Shown here: positions 1 to 7,705 of the stretch, in pieces | How the letters are laid out: every line of letters begins with the position of its first letter | Position numbering within the stretch: the first letter of the stretch is position 1 | Assembly: GCA_040905465.1 (NCBI GenBank) | Contig: JBBDRK010000052.1 | Span: 89,584 to 100,082 of the forward strand | Source of the DNA: Trueperaceae bacterium | Lineage (GTDB): Bacteria > Deinococcota > Deinococci > Deinococcales > Trueperaceae | Length of the DNA stretch: 10,499 nt | Reading direction: 5' to 3' | Translations under genes and position numbers: made by a program | Notes under the pieces: model-generated | Databases searched by the model: none | Told to the model about the DNA's origin: nothing | The model's input: only the letters and a program-made list of their open reading frames with translations

Positions 1-112
1 CGTGCCCGATAACGCGCCCAGGGCCGCGCTCGAAACGGATCTCGCGAGCGGGCTGGGGACAAATGCAGAAGCAGTGGATGAGACAGCATCGGAGGCGGAT
101 CCGGATGAGTGA
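1..112 (+). CDS. 3' end of an upstream gene of unknown product (partial, acidic C-terminal tail)
   Basis: The frame starting at position 2 is open to TGA at 110-112 (VPDNAPRAALETDLASGLGTNAEAVDETASEADPDE*). Its stop overlaps the ATG at 105 of the next gene (ATGAGTGA), a typical translational-coupling arrangement. It is too short to assign a function. Confidence 0.5.
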   Translation, partial: VPDNAPRAALETDLASGLGTNAEAVDETASEADPDE

Positions 113-557
113 AGCGTTGTCCGCACGGATGCGAGAGCTGCTCGGACGGGAACTGGGCCCGAGTCGCCGGCTCATGGTCGACCAGCAGACGATCGACCGC
201 TTCGCCGATGCGACCGGCGACCGGCAGTGGATTCATGTCGACCCGGAGAGAGCCGCCCGGGAGTCGCCGTTCGGGGCGACGGTGGCGCACGGGATGTTGA
301 CGCTGAGCCTGGCGCCCGGCCTTGCCATCGAGCTTCTGGGGCTCGAGCAGGCGCGCCTGGTCGTCAACTACGGCCTCAACCGGGTCCGTTTTCCTGCTCC
401 CTTGCTGGTGGGCTCGCAGGTGCGGCTGGCGCTCACCCTGGCGGAACTGGAACCCGCCGGGAACGCCAGTCGGTTGACCATCGACACGCGCCTTCAGGAC
501 GACCGCCAGGACAGACCCGTGTGCGTGGCGCAGCTGGTGTTCCAACTGCACGATTGA
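105..557 (+). CDS. MaoC-family dehydratase / (R)-specific enoyl-CoA hydratase (hotdog fold)
   Basis: Hydratase-2 motif FADATGDRQWIHVDPERA followed by AHGMLTLSL and VNYGLNRVRFPAP. The start is placed at ATG 105 rather than 63 because GGAGG lies at 91-95 and the upstream gene's stop overlaps it. Confidence 0.92.
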   Translation: MSEALSARMRELLGRELGPSRRLMVDQQTIDRFADATGDRQWIHVDPERAARESPFGATVAHGMLTLSLAPGLAIELLGLEQARLVVNYGLNRVRFPAPLLVGSQVRLALTLAELEPAGNASRLTIDTRLQDDRQDRPVCVAQLVFQLHD

Positions 558-665
558 CCGAGCACGGTGGTCTCCGAGGGCGTGCGTGGGCTCCCTGGAG
601 CGCCACCTTGTCGTGAGCGCACTCCTGGCCGCCGGGCGAGAGCGGTAGGCTGTCCGCTGGAGCGA

Positions 666-1949
666 ATGGAAGAACCGCAAATCGACCACAGTCAAGGGCC
701 TCCCCACAGGAGCCGGGTAGTCGAGGGCTCGCCGGTCTATTACGGCTGGCTCATCCTGCTGGCGGCAACTTTCGGCATGATGATGACCTCTCCAGGCCAG
801 ACGTTCGGCGTCTCGGTGTTTCTGGACGACATCATCGCCGAGCTGGGCCTCAGCCGCTCCACGGTGTCGCTGCTCTATACCATCGGAACGCTCGTCGGCT
901 CTATGTCGCTGCCCTTCGTAGGAAGGTTCATCGACCGCAAGGGCCCGCGCGTGGCCGTGGTCGTCATCACCGCCCTGTTCGCGCTGGCTTGCGTGGCGAT
1001 GGGCTTCGTTACCGGACTCTTCTCGCTGCTCCTCGGTTTCATCCTGATCCGGGGCCTTGGCCAGGGCTCGCTCGGCCTGGTGAGCCTCCACGTGATCAAT
1101 ATCTGGTTCGTTCGCCGACGGGGCCTGGCAATCGGCCTGTCCGGAATCGGCATCGCGCTGGCCACCGGGTTCTTCCCGCTGCTTTTCCAGGTCATGCTCG
1201 ACCAGTTCGGCTGGCGGCTCACCTACATGATCCTGGGGACCCTGGTTGCAGCCGTGATGATCCCGGTCGGAGCGATCTTCTACCGGTCCCACCCGGAATC
1301 GTACGGCCTCTTGCCGGACGGGTCGCCTTCTAAGCGCACCGAAGAGGTCACCGAGGTCAACTACACCGCCGCCGGCGCGCGCCGCACTCTCACCTTCTGG
1401 CTCTTCGTGCTGGGTGACTTCATGGTGGCGGCGCTCGGCACCGGACTCATTTTCCACCACTACTCGATCATGGCGGCGGGCGGCATCGACCGGCTCACCG
1501 CCTCGACCTTCTTCGTTCCCCTCGGGGCGCTCAGCGCCGGAGCCATCCTGCTGACCGGGTACCTGATAGACCGAATGCCGCCGAGATTCCTGCTCTCGCT
1601 GGCGCTGTGGCTGCTGGTCGCGGGCATTTTCCTGGCGGGCAGGGCAACCTCTCCGGAACTGGTCCTGGTGTACGGCGCGGTGCTGGGCCTCTCCAACGGA
1701 ATGAAGGGGGCTATCGGCGGCAGCGTGTACGCCTACTACTTCGGCCGCAAGCACCTGGGAGCGATCAAGGGATCCGCCATCACCATCACTGTCGCCGGCA
1801 CAGCGGTAGGTCCCCTCCTCTACGCGGTCGGTTACGAGGCGGCCGGCAGTTACCTGCCGGTGCTCCTGCTGTCGGCGCTGGCGCCGCTGGCGGTGGCGTT
1901 GTTCGCGCCCTTCCTTCGGCCCAAGCGGCCGGACGGTACGGTCCTGTAG
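666..1949 (+). CDS. Major facilitator superfamily transporter (OFA/monocarboxylate-like)
   Basis: About 12 hydrophobic segments in two halves, MFS motif A (GRFIDRKGPR) and its second-half echo (GYLIDRMPPR), and an N-terminal YYGW...MTSPGQTFGVSVF. The start is placed at ATG 666, with GGAG just upstream, rather than GTG 567. Substrate unknown. Confidence 0.9.
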   Translation: MEEPQIDHSQGPPHRSRVVEGSPVYYGWLILLAATFGMMMTSPGQTFGVSVFLDDIIAELGLSRSTVSLLYTIGTLVGSMSLPFVGRFIDRKGPRVAVVVITALFALACVAMGFVTGLFSLLLGFILIRGLGQGSLGLVSLHVINIWFVRRRGLAIGLSGIGIALATGFFPLLFQVMLDQFGWRLTYMILGTLVAAVMIPVGAIFYRSHPESYGLLPDGSPSKRTEEVTEVNYTAAGARRTLTFWLFVLGDFMVAALGTGLIFHHYSIMAAGGIDRLTASTFFVPLGALSAGAILLTGYLIDRMPPRFLLSLALWLLVAGIFLAGRATSPELVLVYGAVLGLSNGMKGAIGGSVYAYYFGRKHLGAIKGSAITITVAGTAVGPLLYAVGYEAAGSYLPVLLLSALAPLAVALFAPFLRPKRPDGTVL

Positions 1950-1978
1950 GTCGTCGCGGCCCCCCGGACGATCACAGG
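1943..1978. terminator. Stem-loop between the convergent MFS and prfC genes, possible bidirectional terminator or stabiliser
   Basis: cctgt-a-ggtcgtc (1943-1955) pairs with gacgatc-acagg (1967-1978), about 12 bp with one bulge and one G-U pair. There is no U-tract on either strand. Confidence 0.3.
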
Positions 1979-1980
1979 CA

Positions 1981-3579
1981 TCAGAGCCTTACTATCTCCT
2001 GATCGCCCGGGACGTCGTACAGCTCCACATCCGGATGTTCGCTGCGGAAGTAGCGGATCTCGTGCTCCTGCTTGAACAGCGACACCGGCTTCTCATCGCG
2101 GTCGAGAACCAGCATTCCGAAGCGCGGTAGCGGGTGGGGGGTCTCGCTGAGCCAGCGGACCAGCTTGTAGGGAAGCTGATCGAGCCTGACGGCGACGTTG
2201 TACTCGTCGCGCATCCGGTGCTGGAACACGTCGAACTGCAGCGTGCCGACCGCGCCCAACACCGGATCACGAGCTCCCTGGGCGGGATAGAAGACCTGTA
2301 CCACGCCCTCCTCGGCGAGCTGCTCCAGCCCCTTGCGGAACGTCTTGCGCCGGTCTGCCTGCTCCGGGTACACGACCGCGAACGCCTCCGGAGCGAACCG
2401 CGGGAAGTCGACGATCTCGACGCCCGATCTGTTGCTCAGCACGTCCCCGATGCGGAACAGGCCGGGGTTCACCAGGCCGACGATGTCGCCGGGAAAGGCG
2501 TGCTCTACCGTTTCTCGCTCCTTGGCGAACATCGTATGCGCCTGGCCCAGCTTCACCTCACGCCCCGTTCGGCCGTGAACGGCCTGCATGCCGCGTTCGA
2601 AGCGACCTGCCGAGATCCGCACGAACGCAGTGCGGTCCCGGTGCTGGCGGTTCATGTTCGCCTGCAGCTTGAACACGAAGGCAGCGAAGTCGTCGGAGTT
2701 CGCCGGCAACTCGCCGCGGCTGGTGGCCAACGGCCCGGGAACCGGCGCCAATCGCAGGAAGTGGTCCAGGAACAGCTGCACTCCGAAGTTGGTGAGAACG
2801 CTACCGAAGAAAACCGGCGTGAACTCGCCTGCCAGGAACCGCTGCGGATCGACCGGCGGCATGAGTTCGTCGAGTAGCGCGGTGTCTTCCATCAGCTTGG
2901 CCTGGGCTGCCTCGCCCACCAACTCCCCCACCAGGGGATCGCCGGGTTCGAGCGTCCTGACCGGAGACTGGCTGGCGTTTCGCGCCACCCGCTCGAACAG
3001 GTGCAGCTTGCCGGCGGGACGCTCGTAGACGCCCCGGAAGTCCGGCCCGTCACCTATCGGCCAGGTGATCGGGATCGGCTGGATACCGAGCACCTCTTCT
3101 ACCTCGTCGAGCAGGACGTAGGGGTCGAGAGCCGGCCGGTCGAACTTGTTTATGAAGGTGAAGATCGGAATCCCGCGCTCGCGACTCACCTTGAACAGCT
3201 TCCGCGTCTGCTCCTGCACGCCCCGGGCGCCGTCGAGCAGCATGACCGCGCTGTCGGCAGCGGTAAGCGTGCGATAGGTGTCTTCGCTGAAGTCCTGGTG
3301 ACCTGGGGTGTCGAGCAGGTTGATGACGAAACCCTGGTAGAGAACCTGCAACGCCGCCGAGCTGATGGAGATGCCCCGCTCCTGCTCGAGGCTCATCCAG
3401 TCGCTGGTGGCGTGGCGGGTGCCGGCCTTGCCGGCGACCGCCCCGGCCTCACGGATCGCGCCGCTATAGAGCAGCAGCTTCTCCGTCAACGTGGTCTTGC
3501 CGGCGTCCGGGTGGGAGATAATCGCAAAGGTACGACGACGATCGATCTCCGCCTGCAACGCGGCGCTATCGTCGCTCAT
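1981..3579 (-). CDS. prfC: Peptide chain release factor 3 (translational GTPase)
   Basis: [25 protein letters not shown] (G1), [14 protein letters not shown] (G2), [18 protein letters not shown] (G3), NKFD (G4), [23 protein letters not shown] and [10 protein letters not shown]. 532 aa, with an SD AAGGAG upstream on the minus strand. Confidence 0.98.
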   Translation of the reverse strand: MSDDSAALQAEIDRRRTFAIISHPDAGKTTLTEKLLLYSGAIREAGAVAGKAGTRHATSDWMSLEQERGISISSAALQVLYQGFVINLLDTPGHQDFSEDTYRTLTAADSAVMLLDGARGVQEQTRKLFKVSRERGIPIFTFINKFDRPALDPYVLLDEVEEVLGIQPIPITWPIGDGPDFRGVYERPAGKLHLFERVARNASQSPVRTLEPGDPLVGELVGEAAQAKLMEDTALLDELMPPVDPQRFLAGEFTPVFFGSVLTNFGVQLFLDHFLRLAPVPGPLATSRGELPANSDDFAAFVFKLQANMNRQHRDRTAFVRISAGRFERGMQAVHGRTGREVKLGQAHTMFAKERETVEHAFPGDIVGLVNPGLFRIGDVLSNRSGVEIVDFPRFAPEAFAVVYPEQADRRKTFRKGLEQLAEEGVVQVFYPAQGARDPVLGAVGTLQFDVFQHRMRDEYNVAVRLDQLPYKLVRWLSETPHPLPRFGMLVLDRDEKPVSLFKQEHEIRYFRSEHPDVELYDVPGDQEIVRL

Positions 3580-3631
3580 CGTGCACTCCTTGCTGCTCCA
3601 ATGTGGCTCGTTGCATCGGTGTCATCCCCCG

Positions 3632-3641
3632 TAGCATCGTA
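3632..3641. promoter_or_regulatory. Candidate overlapping divergent -10 hexamers for prfC and the LLM gene
   Basis: TAGCAT on + (3632-3637) and TACGAT on - (3641-3636) both fit TAnnnT and lie in the 167-bp divergent intergenic region. Confidence 0.35.
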
Positions 3642-3746
3642 CAGGAGCGCCGGCACCCGAGTCGCCCGCTTGCGGACGGACCGCAGTGTCATCCGGAACC
3701 GCCCGGACGGCCTCTCCACCTGCGACTCTCGGTTCAAGGAGAGCTC

Positions 3747-4847
3747 ATGGCCACCGATTTCGCCGCAACCTCCCCGCCCAGCGCAGTAAGACCGGCCTTC
3801 GAGATCGGTGTTTACACCTTTGCCGACCGCAGTCCCGACCCCGGCAGCGGCGCGACGATGAGCGCCGAACGGCGAATCGCCGACCTGCTGGAGGAGATGC
3901 AGCTCGCCGATGAGGTGGGGCTGGATGTTTTCGGCGTCGGCGAACACCACCGGCCCGACTATGTCGCGTCGGCACCGGCGGTGGTGTTGGCGGCCGGGGC
4001 GGCGCTGACCGAACGCATCCGGCTCAGCAGCGCGGTAACGGTGTTGAGCTCCGACGATCCGGTCCGGGTGTTCCAGGACTTCGCGACGCTCGACCTCATT
4101 TCCGGCGGACGTGCCGAGATCATGGCGGGGCGCGGCTCTTTCATCGAGTCTTTCCCCCTGTTCGGCTACGACCTGAACGACTACGACGAGCTGTTCAGCG
4201 AGAAGCTCGAGCTGCTCCTCGAGCTGCGCCGTAACGAGAGGGTCACCTGGAGCGGGCGTCATCGAGCTGGCCTGGACGACCTGGCTGTCTACCCGCGCCC
4301 GGTGCAGCAGGAGCTGCCGGTCTGGATCGCCGTGGGCGGAACGCCGCAGTCGGCCGTACGGGCCGGGACCCTCGGCCTGCCCATGGCGCTCGCGATCATC
4401 GGCGGTGCACCGGAGCGCTTCGCACCGTTCGCCGACATCTACCGCGAGGCCGGAGCCCGGGCCGGACACGCACCCGAGAAGCTGGCTCTGAGCATCAACT
4501 CGCACGTCTATCTCGCCGCCGATTCGCGACGAGCGGGTGACGAGTTCTTCCCCTATTACTCGACTGTGATGACCAGGATAGGCCGCGAGCGCGGCTGGCC
4601 ACCCACGACTCGTGAACAGTACGACGCGCTGCGGGCGCCCCATGGGGCGCTGCTCGTGGGAGATCCGCAGGAGGTTATCGACAAGATCCTCTTCCAGCAC
4701 TCGATATTCGGCCACCAGCGCTTCATGGCGCAGTGCGACGTCGGCACGGTGCCGCACGACAAGCTGATGCGGGCCATCGAACTGCTCGGCAGCGACGTGG
4801 CGCCGGTGGTGCGAAGGGAGGTAGCCGGGCGGGTCGGACCAGGCTGA
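3747..4847 (+). CDS. LLM class flavin-dependent oxidoreductase (luciferase-like monooxygenase)
   Basis: [77 protein letters not shown] and [15 protein letters not shown]. The start is ATG 3747, with SD AAGGAG at 3736-3741. Confidence 0.95.
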   Translation: MATDFAATSPPSAVRPAFEIGVYTFADRSPDPGSGATMSAERRIADLLEEMQLADEVGLDVFGVGEHHRPDYVASAPAVVLAAGAALTERIRLSSAVTVLSSDDPVRVFQDFATLDLISGGRAEIMAGRGSFIESFPLFGYDLNDYDELFSEKLELLLELRRNERVTWSGRHRAGLDDLAVYPRPVQQELPVWIAVGGTPQSAVRAGTLGLPMALAIIGGAPERFAPFADIYREAGARAGHAPEKLALSINSHVYLAADSRRAGDEFFPYYSTVMTRIGRERGWPPTTREQYDALRAPHGALLVGDPQEVIDKILFQHSIFGHQRFMAQCDVGTVPHDKLMRAIELLGSDVAPVVRREVAGRVGPG

Positions 4848-4866
4848 ACAGGCCAGGCTGAACAGG
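4839..4866. repeat. Perfect tandem duplication, 2 x 14 bp CCAGGCTGAACAGG, containing the LLM stop codon
   Basis: Copies at 4839-4852 and 4853-4866, read directly from the sequence. Confidence 0.9.
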
Positions 4867-4867
4867 A

Positions 4868-4912
4868 CGAGGTTGGCCGGTCGAGGTTGGCCGGTCGAGG
4901 TTGGCCGGTCGA
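4868..4912. repeat. Perfect tandem repeat, 3 x 14 bp CGAGGTTGGCCGGT plus a partial CGA
   Basis: Copies at 4868-4881, 4882-4895 and 4896-4909, then CGA at 4910-4912. Confidence 0.95.
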
Positions 4913-4964
4913 AAAGTACCGGCGGTTGCGGTGCAAAATGTCCTAACCTCTGCGGTCGCCCGAC

Positions 4965-4973
4965 TGCTAAAAT
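4965..4973 (+). promoter_or_regulatory. Candidate extended -10 promoter (TGnTAAAAT) of the chemosensory operon
   Basis: TGCTAAAAT in a locally AT-richer patch, ending 13 nt before ATG 4987. There is no recognisable -35 at canonical spacing and no SD before the ATG. Confidence 0.5.
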
Positions 4974-4986
4974 GGCCCGGTTAGTT

Positions 4987-5541
4987 ATGAATGCCGCCCC
5001 CACGACTTCACAGCGTCCCCTTGGGGCTGAACATCTCCTGGTCTTCCGCCTGGACGATGACCGCTACGCGTTGAACGCGTCGGCGGTCCTTCGGGTGACC
5101 TGGGCGGTCCGGATCACTCGGTTACCGGTGGCTCCCGAGGTGGTGTTGGGAGTCATCGATGTAGCGGGCCGGGTGTTGCCGGTCGTCGACACCAGACAAC
5201 GCTTCGGCCTGCCTCGGCGCGACCTGCTGGTGAGCGACAACCTGATCATCGCCCGTACCTCCCGTCGCCAGCTGGTTCTGGCCGTGGATCAGGTGGACGG
5301 CGTGATCGAGTACCCGGAAGAGAAGGTCCAGGCCGCCCCGGAGATCGTGCCTGGAACCGACTACGTTCGAGGTGTCGCCAAGCTCGCCGACGGCCTCGTG
5401 CTGATCCACGACCTCGACACCTTCCTCTCGCTCGACGAGGAGCAGTCCCTCGACCGGGCGCTCGAGCTCTCACTCGACCGGCAGGAACCGGAAGGTGGCG
5501 GCGACCCTGGTGGCGCGGGAGGCGGCGACGATGCTCAGTGA
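4987..5541 (+). CDS. cheW: Chemotaxis scaffold protein CheW (first of two)
   Basis: LLVFRLDDDRYAL, ITRLPVAPEVVLGVIDVAGRVLPVVD, LAVDQVDGV and YVRGVAKLADGLVLIHDLDTFL form a typical CheW domain. The start is placed at ATG 4987 because the longer ORF-track start runs through the repeats and promoter. Confidence 0.92.
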   Translation: MNAAPTTSQRPLGAEHLLVFRLDDDRYALNASAVLRVTWAVRITRLPVAPEVVLGVIDVAGRVLPVVDTRQRFGLPRRDLLVSDNLIIARTSRRQLVLAVDQVDGVIEYPEEKVQAAPEIVPGTDYVRGVAKLADGLVLIHDLDTFLSLDEEQSLDRALELSLDRQEPEGGGDPGGAGGGDDAQ

Positions 5542-6949
5542 TCCACTGGCGCAGGGCGTGAGCGCCCTGCTGGCCGCCGGTGTGGGGCTACATTTCCCGG
5601 CAAATCGTCGGCGCGAGCTGGAGCTGGGGCTGGCGGGCGCGGCACGCGAGTCGGGCTACCGCGACACTAACGAGTACGTGTCCGGGCTGCTGTCGGCTCC
5701 CTTGACGCGCTCGCAACGCGAGACGCTGGCCAAGCATCTGACGGTCGGCGAGACATACTTCTTCCGGCACCCGGACACGATATCCGGGCTGGAGGAGCAC
5801 GTCCTGCCGGAGCTGATCCGGCGACGCCGGCAGGCGGGCCGCTACCTGCGTATCTGGAGTGCGGGGTGTTGTACCGGCGAGGAGCCCTATACCATCGCCA
5901 TACTCCTCGACCGGCTCATTCCCGACCAACGAGACTGGGACATCTCTATAGTGGCGACGGACGTCAACCCTGCCTTCCTGCGGGCGGCACGCGCCGGAAA
6001 CTACGGGATGTGGTCGTTCCGAGGGACGCCGGAATCGGTGCGTGACCGTTACTTTCGGGCGCTTCCGGGGCAACGGTTCGAACTGCTGCCCGAGATGCGG
6101 CGGCGGGTGAAGTTCGGCAGCCTCAACCTCGCCGAAGACAGTTACCCGTCGCGGGCCGGCGGCACCGAAGCGGTCGACCTGATCCTGTGCCGAAACGTCC
6201 TGATGTATTTCACGAGAGAAGCATCCCGAGCGGCGCTGGGACGGTTCTACCGATCGTTGAGTGACGGCGGCTGGCTCGCCCTCAGCGCGACCGAGGCAGC
6301 AGCAGAACGATTCGAGCAGTTCGATCCGGCCCCGGGAGTCGGCACCGCGATCTTCCGTCGCAACCCGGCGACCCCGAAGCACTTGCCGTTCGCCGCGGTC
6401 CCGTCACCGATCAGGATGCCGCTGAAGACGCCGCCGACGTTCCAGTCGGATCACGGACACGGCGAAGAGCCGAAGGTGGAAGCGGATACCGTGATCGACG
6501 GTCGGAGGCTTCATGACGCCGCCCGCGATCACGCCAACGCGGGGCGGCTGGTCGAAGCGTACGACTGCTGCCGCAAGGCCGTGGACGTCCAGCCATTGAA
6601 CTCCTCCTATCGCTATCTGCTTGCAACTATCGAGCTGGAGTGCGGCCACGAGCAGGGGGCAATTCAGGCACTCCTGCAGGCGGCCTACCTCGATCCGGCG
6701 GGCGCCCTGCCGCACGTCGCGCTAGGTAACCTGCGGCGTTCGCAGATGCGTCTCGCTGAAGCCGTCCGGCACTTCGGTACCGCTCTCCGGTTGTTGAGGA
6801 AAATGCCGGCCGCCGAGGAAGTAGCAGACGGCGACGGACTCACGGCCGGCCGTCTGGCCGAGATGGTGGAGACGGCTCGAGCAGCCGCCATGGCGCTGCT
6901 CGACCAGGGTAAGCCCGGCCAGCAGGTGGCCCATCAGGTGGCAAAGTGA
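5531..6949 (+). CDS. cheR: CheR-type MCP methyltransferase with C-terminal TPR repeats (WspC/FrzF-like architecture)
   Basis: LTVGETYFFR, RIWSAGCCTGEEPYTIA, IVATDVN and DLILCRNVLMYF, then a Pro-rich linker and TPR-like helices (ANAGRLVEAYDCCRKAVDVQP, AIQALLQAAYLDP, HVALGNL). ATG 5531 has GGAGG at 5518-5522 and overlaps the cheW stop. Confidence 0.93.
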   Translation: MLSDPLAQGVSALLAAGVGLHFPANRRRELELGLAGAARESGYRDTNEYVSGLLSAPLTRSQRETLAKHLTVGETYFFRHPDTISGLEEHVLPELIRRRRQAGRYLRIWSAGCCTGEEPYTIAILLDRLIPDQRDWDISIVATDVNPAFLRAARAGNYGMWSFRGTPESVRDRYFRALPGQRFELLPEMRRRVKFGSLNLAEDSYPSRAGGTEAVDLILCRNVLMYFTREASRAALGRFYRSLSDGGWLALSATEAAAERFEQFDPAPGVGTAIFRRNPATPKHLPFAAVPSPIRMPLKTPPTFQSDHGHGEEPKVEADTVIDGRRLHDAARDHANAGRLVEAYDCCRKAVDVQPLNSSYRYLLATIELECGHEQGAIQALLQAAYLDPAGALPHVALGNLRRSQMRLAEAVRHFGTALRLLRKMPAAEEVADGDGLTAGRLAEMVETARAAAMALLDQGKPGQQVAHQVAK

Positions 6950-7587
6950 ACGCCGGCGAGAAGCCCGGAACAGTGCCGGCGAGCGTTGCCGCCGATACCG
7001 GCGAGTCGCGGTTGGACGGCGTTCGATCGTCGCGGCATACAACTGGCGAACGATCGGCCGATCGGGTCCTGGAGGAGCGGGCGCGGCAGTTGGCGGCCGA
7101 ACCGGCCGCGGCGAAGGGCGGCGAGTGGATCGTGGTAGTGGAGTTCGCGCTCGCCAACGAGCGCTATCTGCTGAGCGCACAGCACGTGCGTGAGGTCGCA
7201 ACGATCGACGAGCTGACACCGTTGCCGGGCGTCCCGGAGTTCGTCGTCGGCCTCGTCAACCTGCGTGGCGAGATCGTTTCCGTAATCGACATCAGCAGCT
7301 TCCTGGGCCTGCCTCGCAGCGACCCCGGCGACCTTCACCAGGTCCTGTTCCTGGAGGACGAGCAGATGACGTTCGGTATCGTGGCCGAGTCGATCTACGG
7401 CGCCCGTCGCCTCGCGCTCGCAGACATACAACCGCCTCCGCCCACTCTCGGCGCCAATCACGCCAGGTACGTCACGGGGATGACCCGGGAGCGGACGGTC
7501 GTTCTCGACGGTGCCAGGTTGCTGGCAGACCCCGACGTGGTGGTTCGCGAACACCGCACCGGACGAGCGATCGGGAACACCAGATGA
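6946..7587 (+). CDS. cheW: Chemotaxis scaffold protein CheW (second of two) with N-terminal extension
   Basis: VVEFALANERY, LTPLPGVPEFVVGLVNLRGEIVSVIDISSFLGL, FGIVAESIYG and VLDGARLLADP, preceded by a VLEERARQLA helix. The GTG start overlaps the cheR stop (GTGA). The exact start is uncertain. Confidence 0.92.
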   Translation: MNAGEKPGTVPASVAADTGESRLDGVRSSRHTTGERSADRVLEERARQLAAEPAAAKGGEWIVVVEFALANERYLLSAQHVREVATIDELTPLPGVPEFVVGLVNLRGEIVSVIDISSFLGLPRSDPGDLHQVLFLEDEQMTFGIVAESIYGARRLALADIQPPPPTLGANHARYVTGMTRERTVVLDGARLLADPDVVVREHRTGRAIGNTR

Positions 7588-7705
7588 TCTCTAGGCGCGA
7601 CGGTGAGAACCGCCGCTACAGCAAGCCGACCCCATCGGCAACGTCGTCTCGTCATACCGGGCAGTCACGACCGGCTTCCCGATCTATCTCCAAGGAGTTG
7701 GCACA

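Noticed and set aside
567..665. Longer MFS start at GTG 567
   Set aside because: The added segment is Arg/Pro/Gly-rich and does not look like real coding sequence, and a candidate -10 and a GGAG lie within it ahead of ATG 666.
2134..3789. Plus-strand ORFs of 247, 146 and 262 aa over prfC
   Set aside because: They are antisense shadows of prfC with no motifs.
4839..4912. CRISPR array interpretation of the repeats
   Set aside because: The units are 14 bp, directly abutting with no spacers, and no cas genes are nearby.
4873..4986. Cys-containing N-terminal extension of CheW from the longer ORF start
   Set aside because: It translates the repeats and promoter region. CheW-like sequence begins only after ATG 4987.
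3576..5003. 475-aa minus-strand ORF antisense to the LLM gene
   Set aside because: It is a shadow ORF typical of high-GC codon bias. It has no recognisable motifs, overlaps a strongly supported gene, and reads through the tandem repeats.
5122..5124. Rare in-frame TTA codon in the first cheW as bldA-like translational control
   Set aside because: It is a single codon, the mechanism is established for Streptomyces, and nothing here indicates that host.
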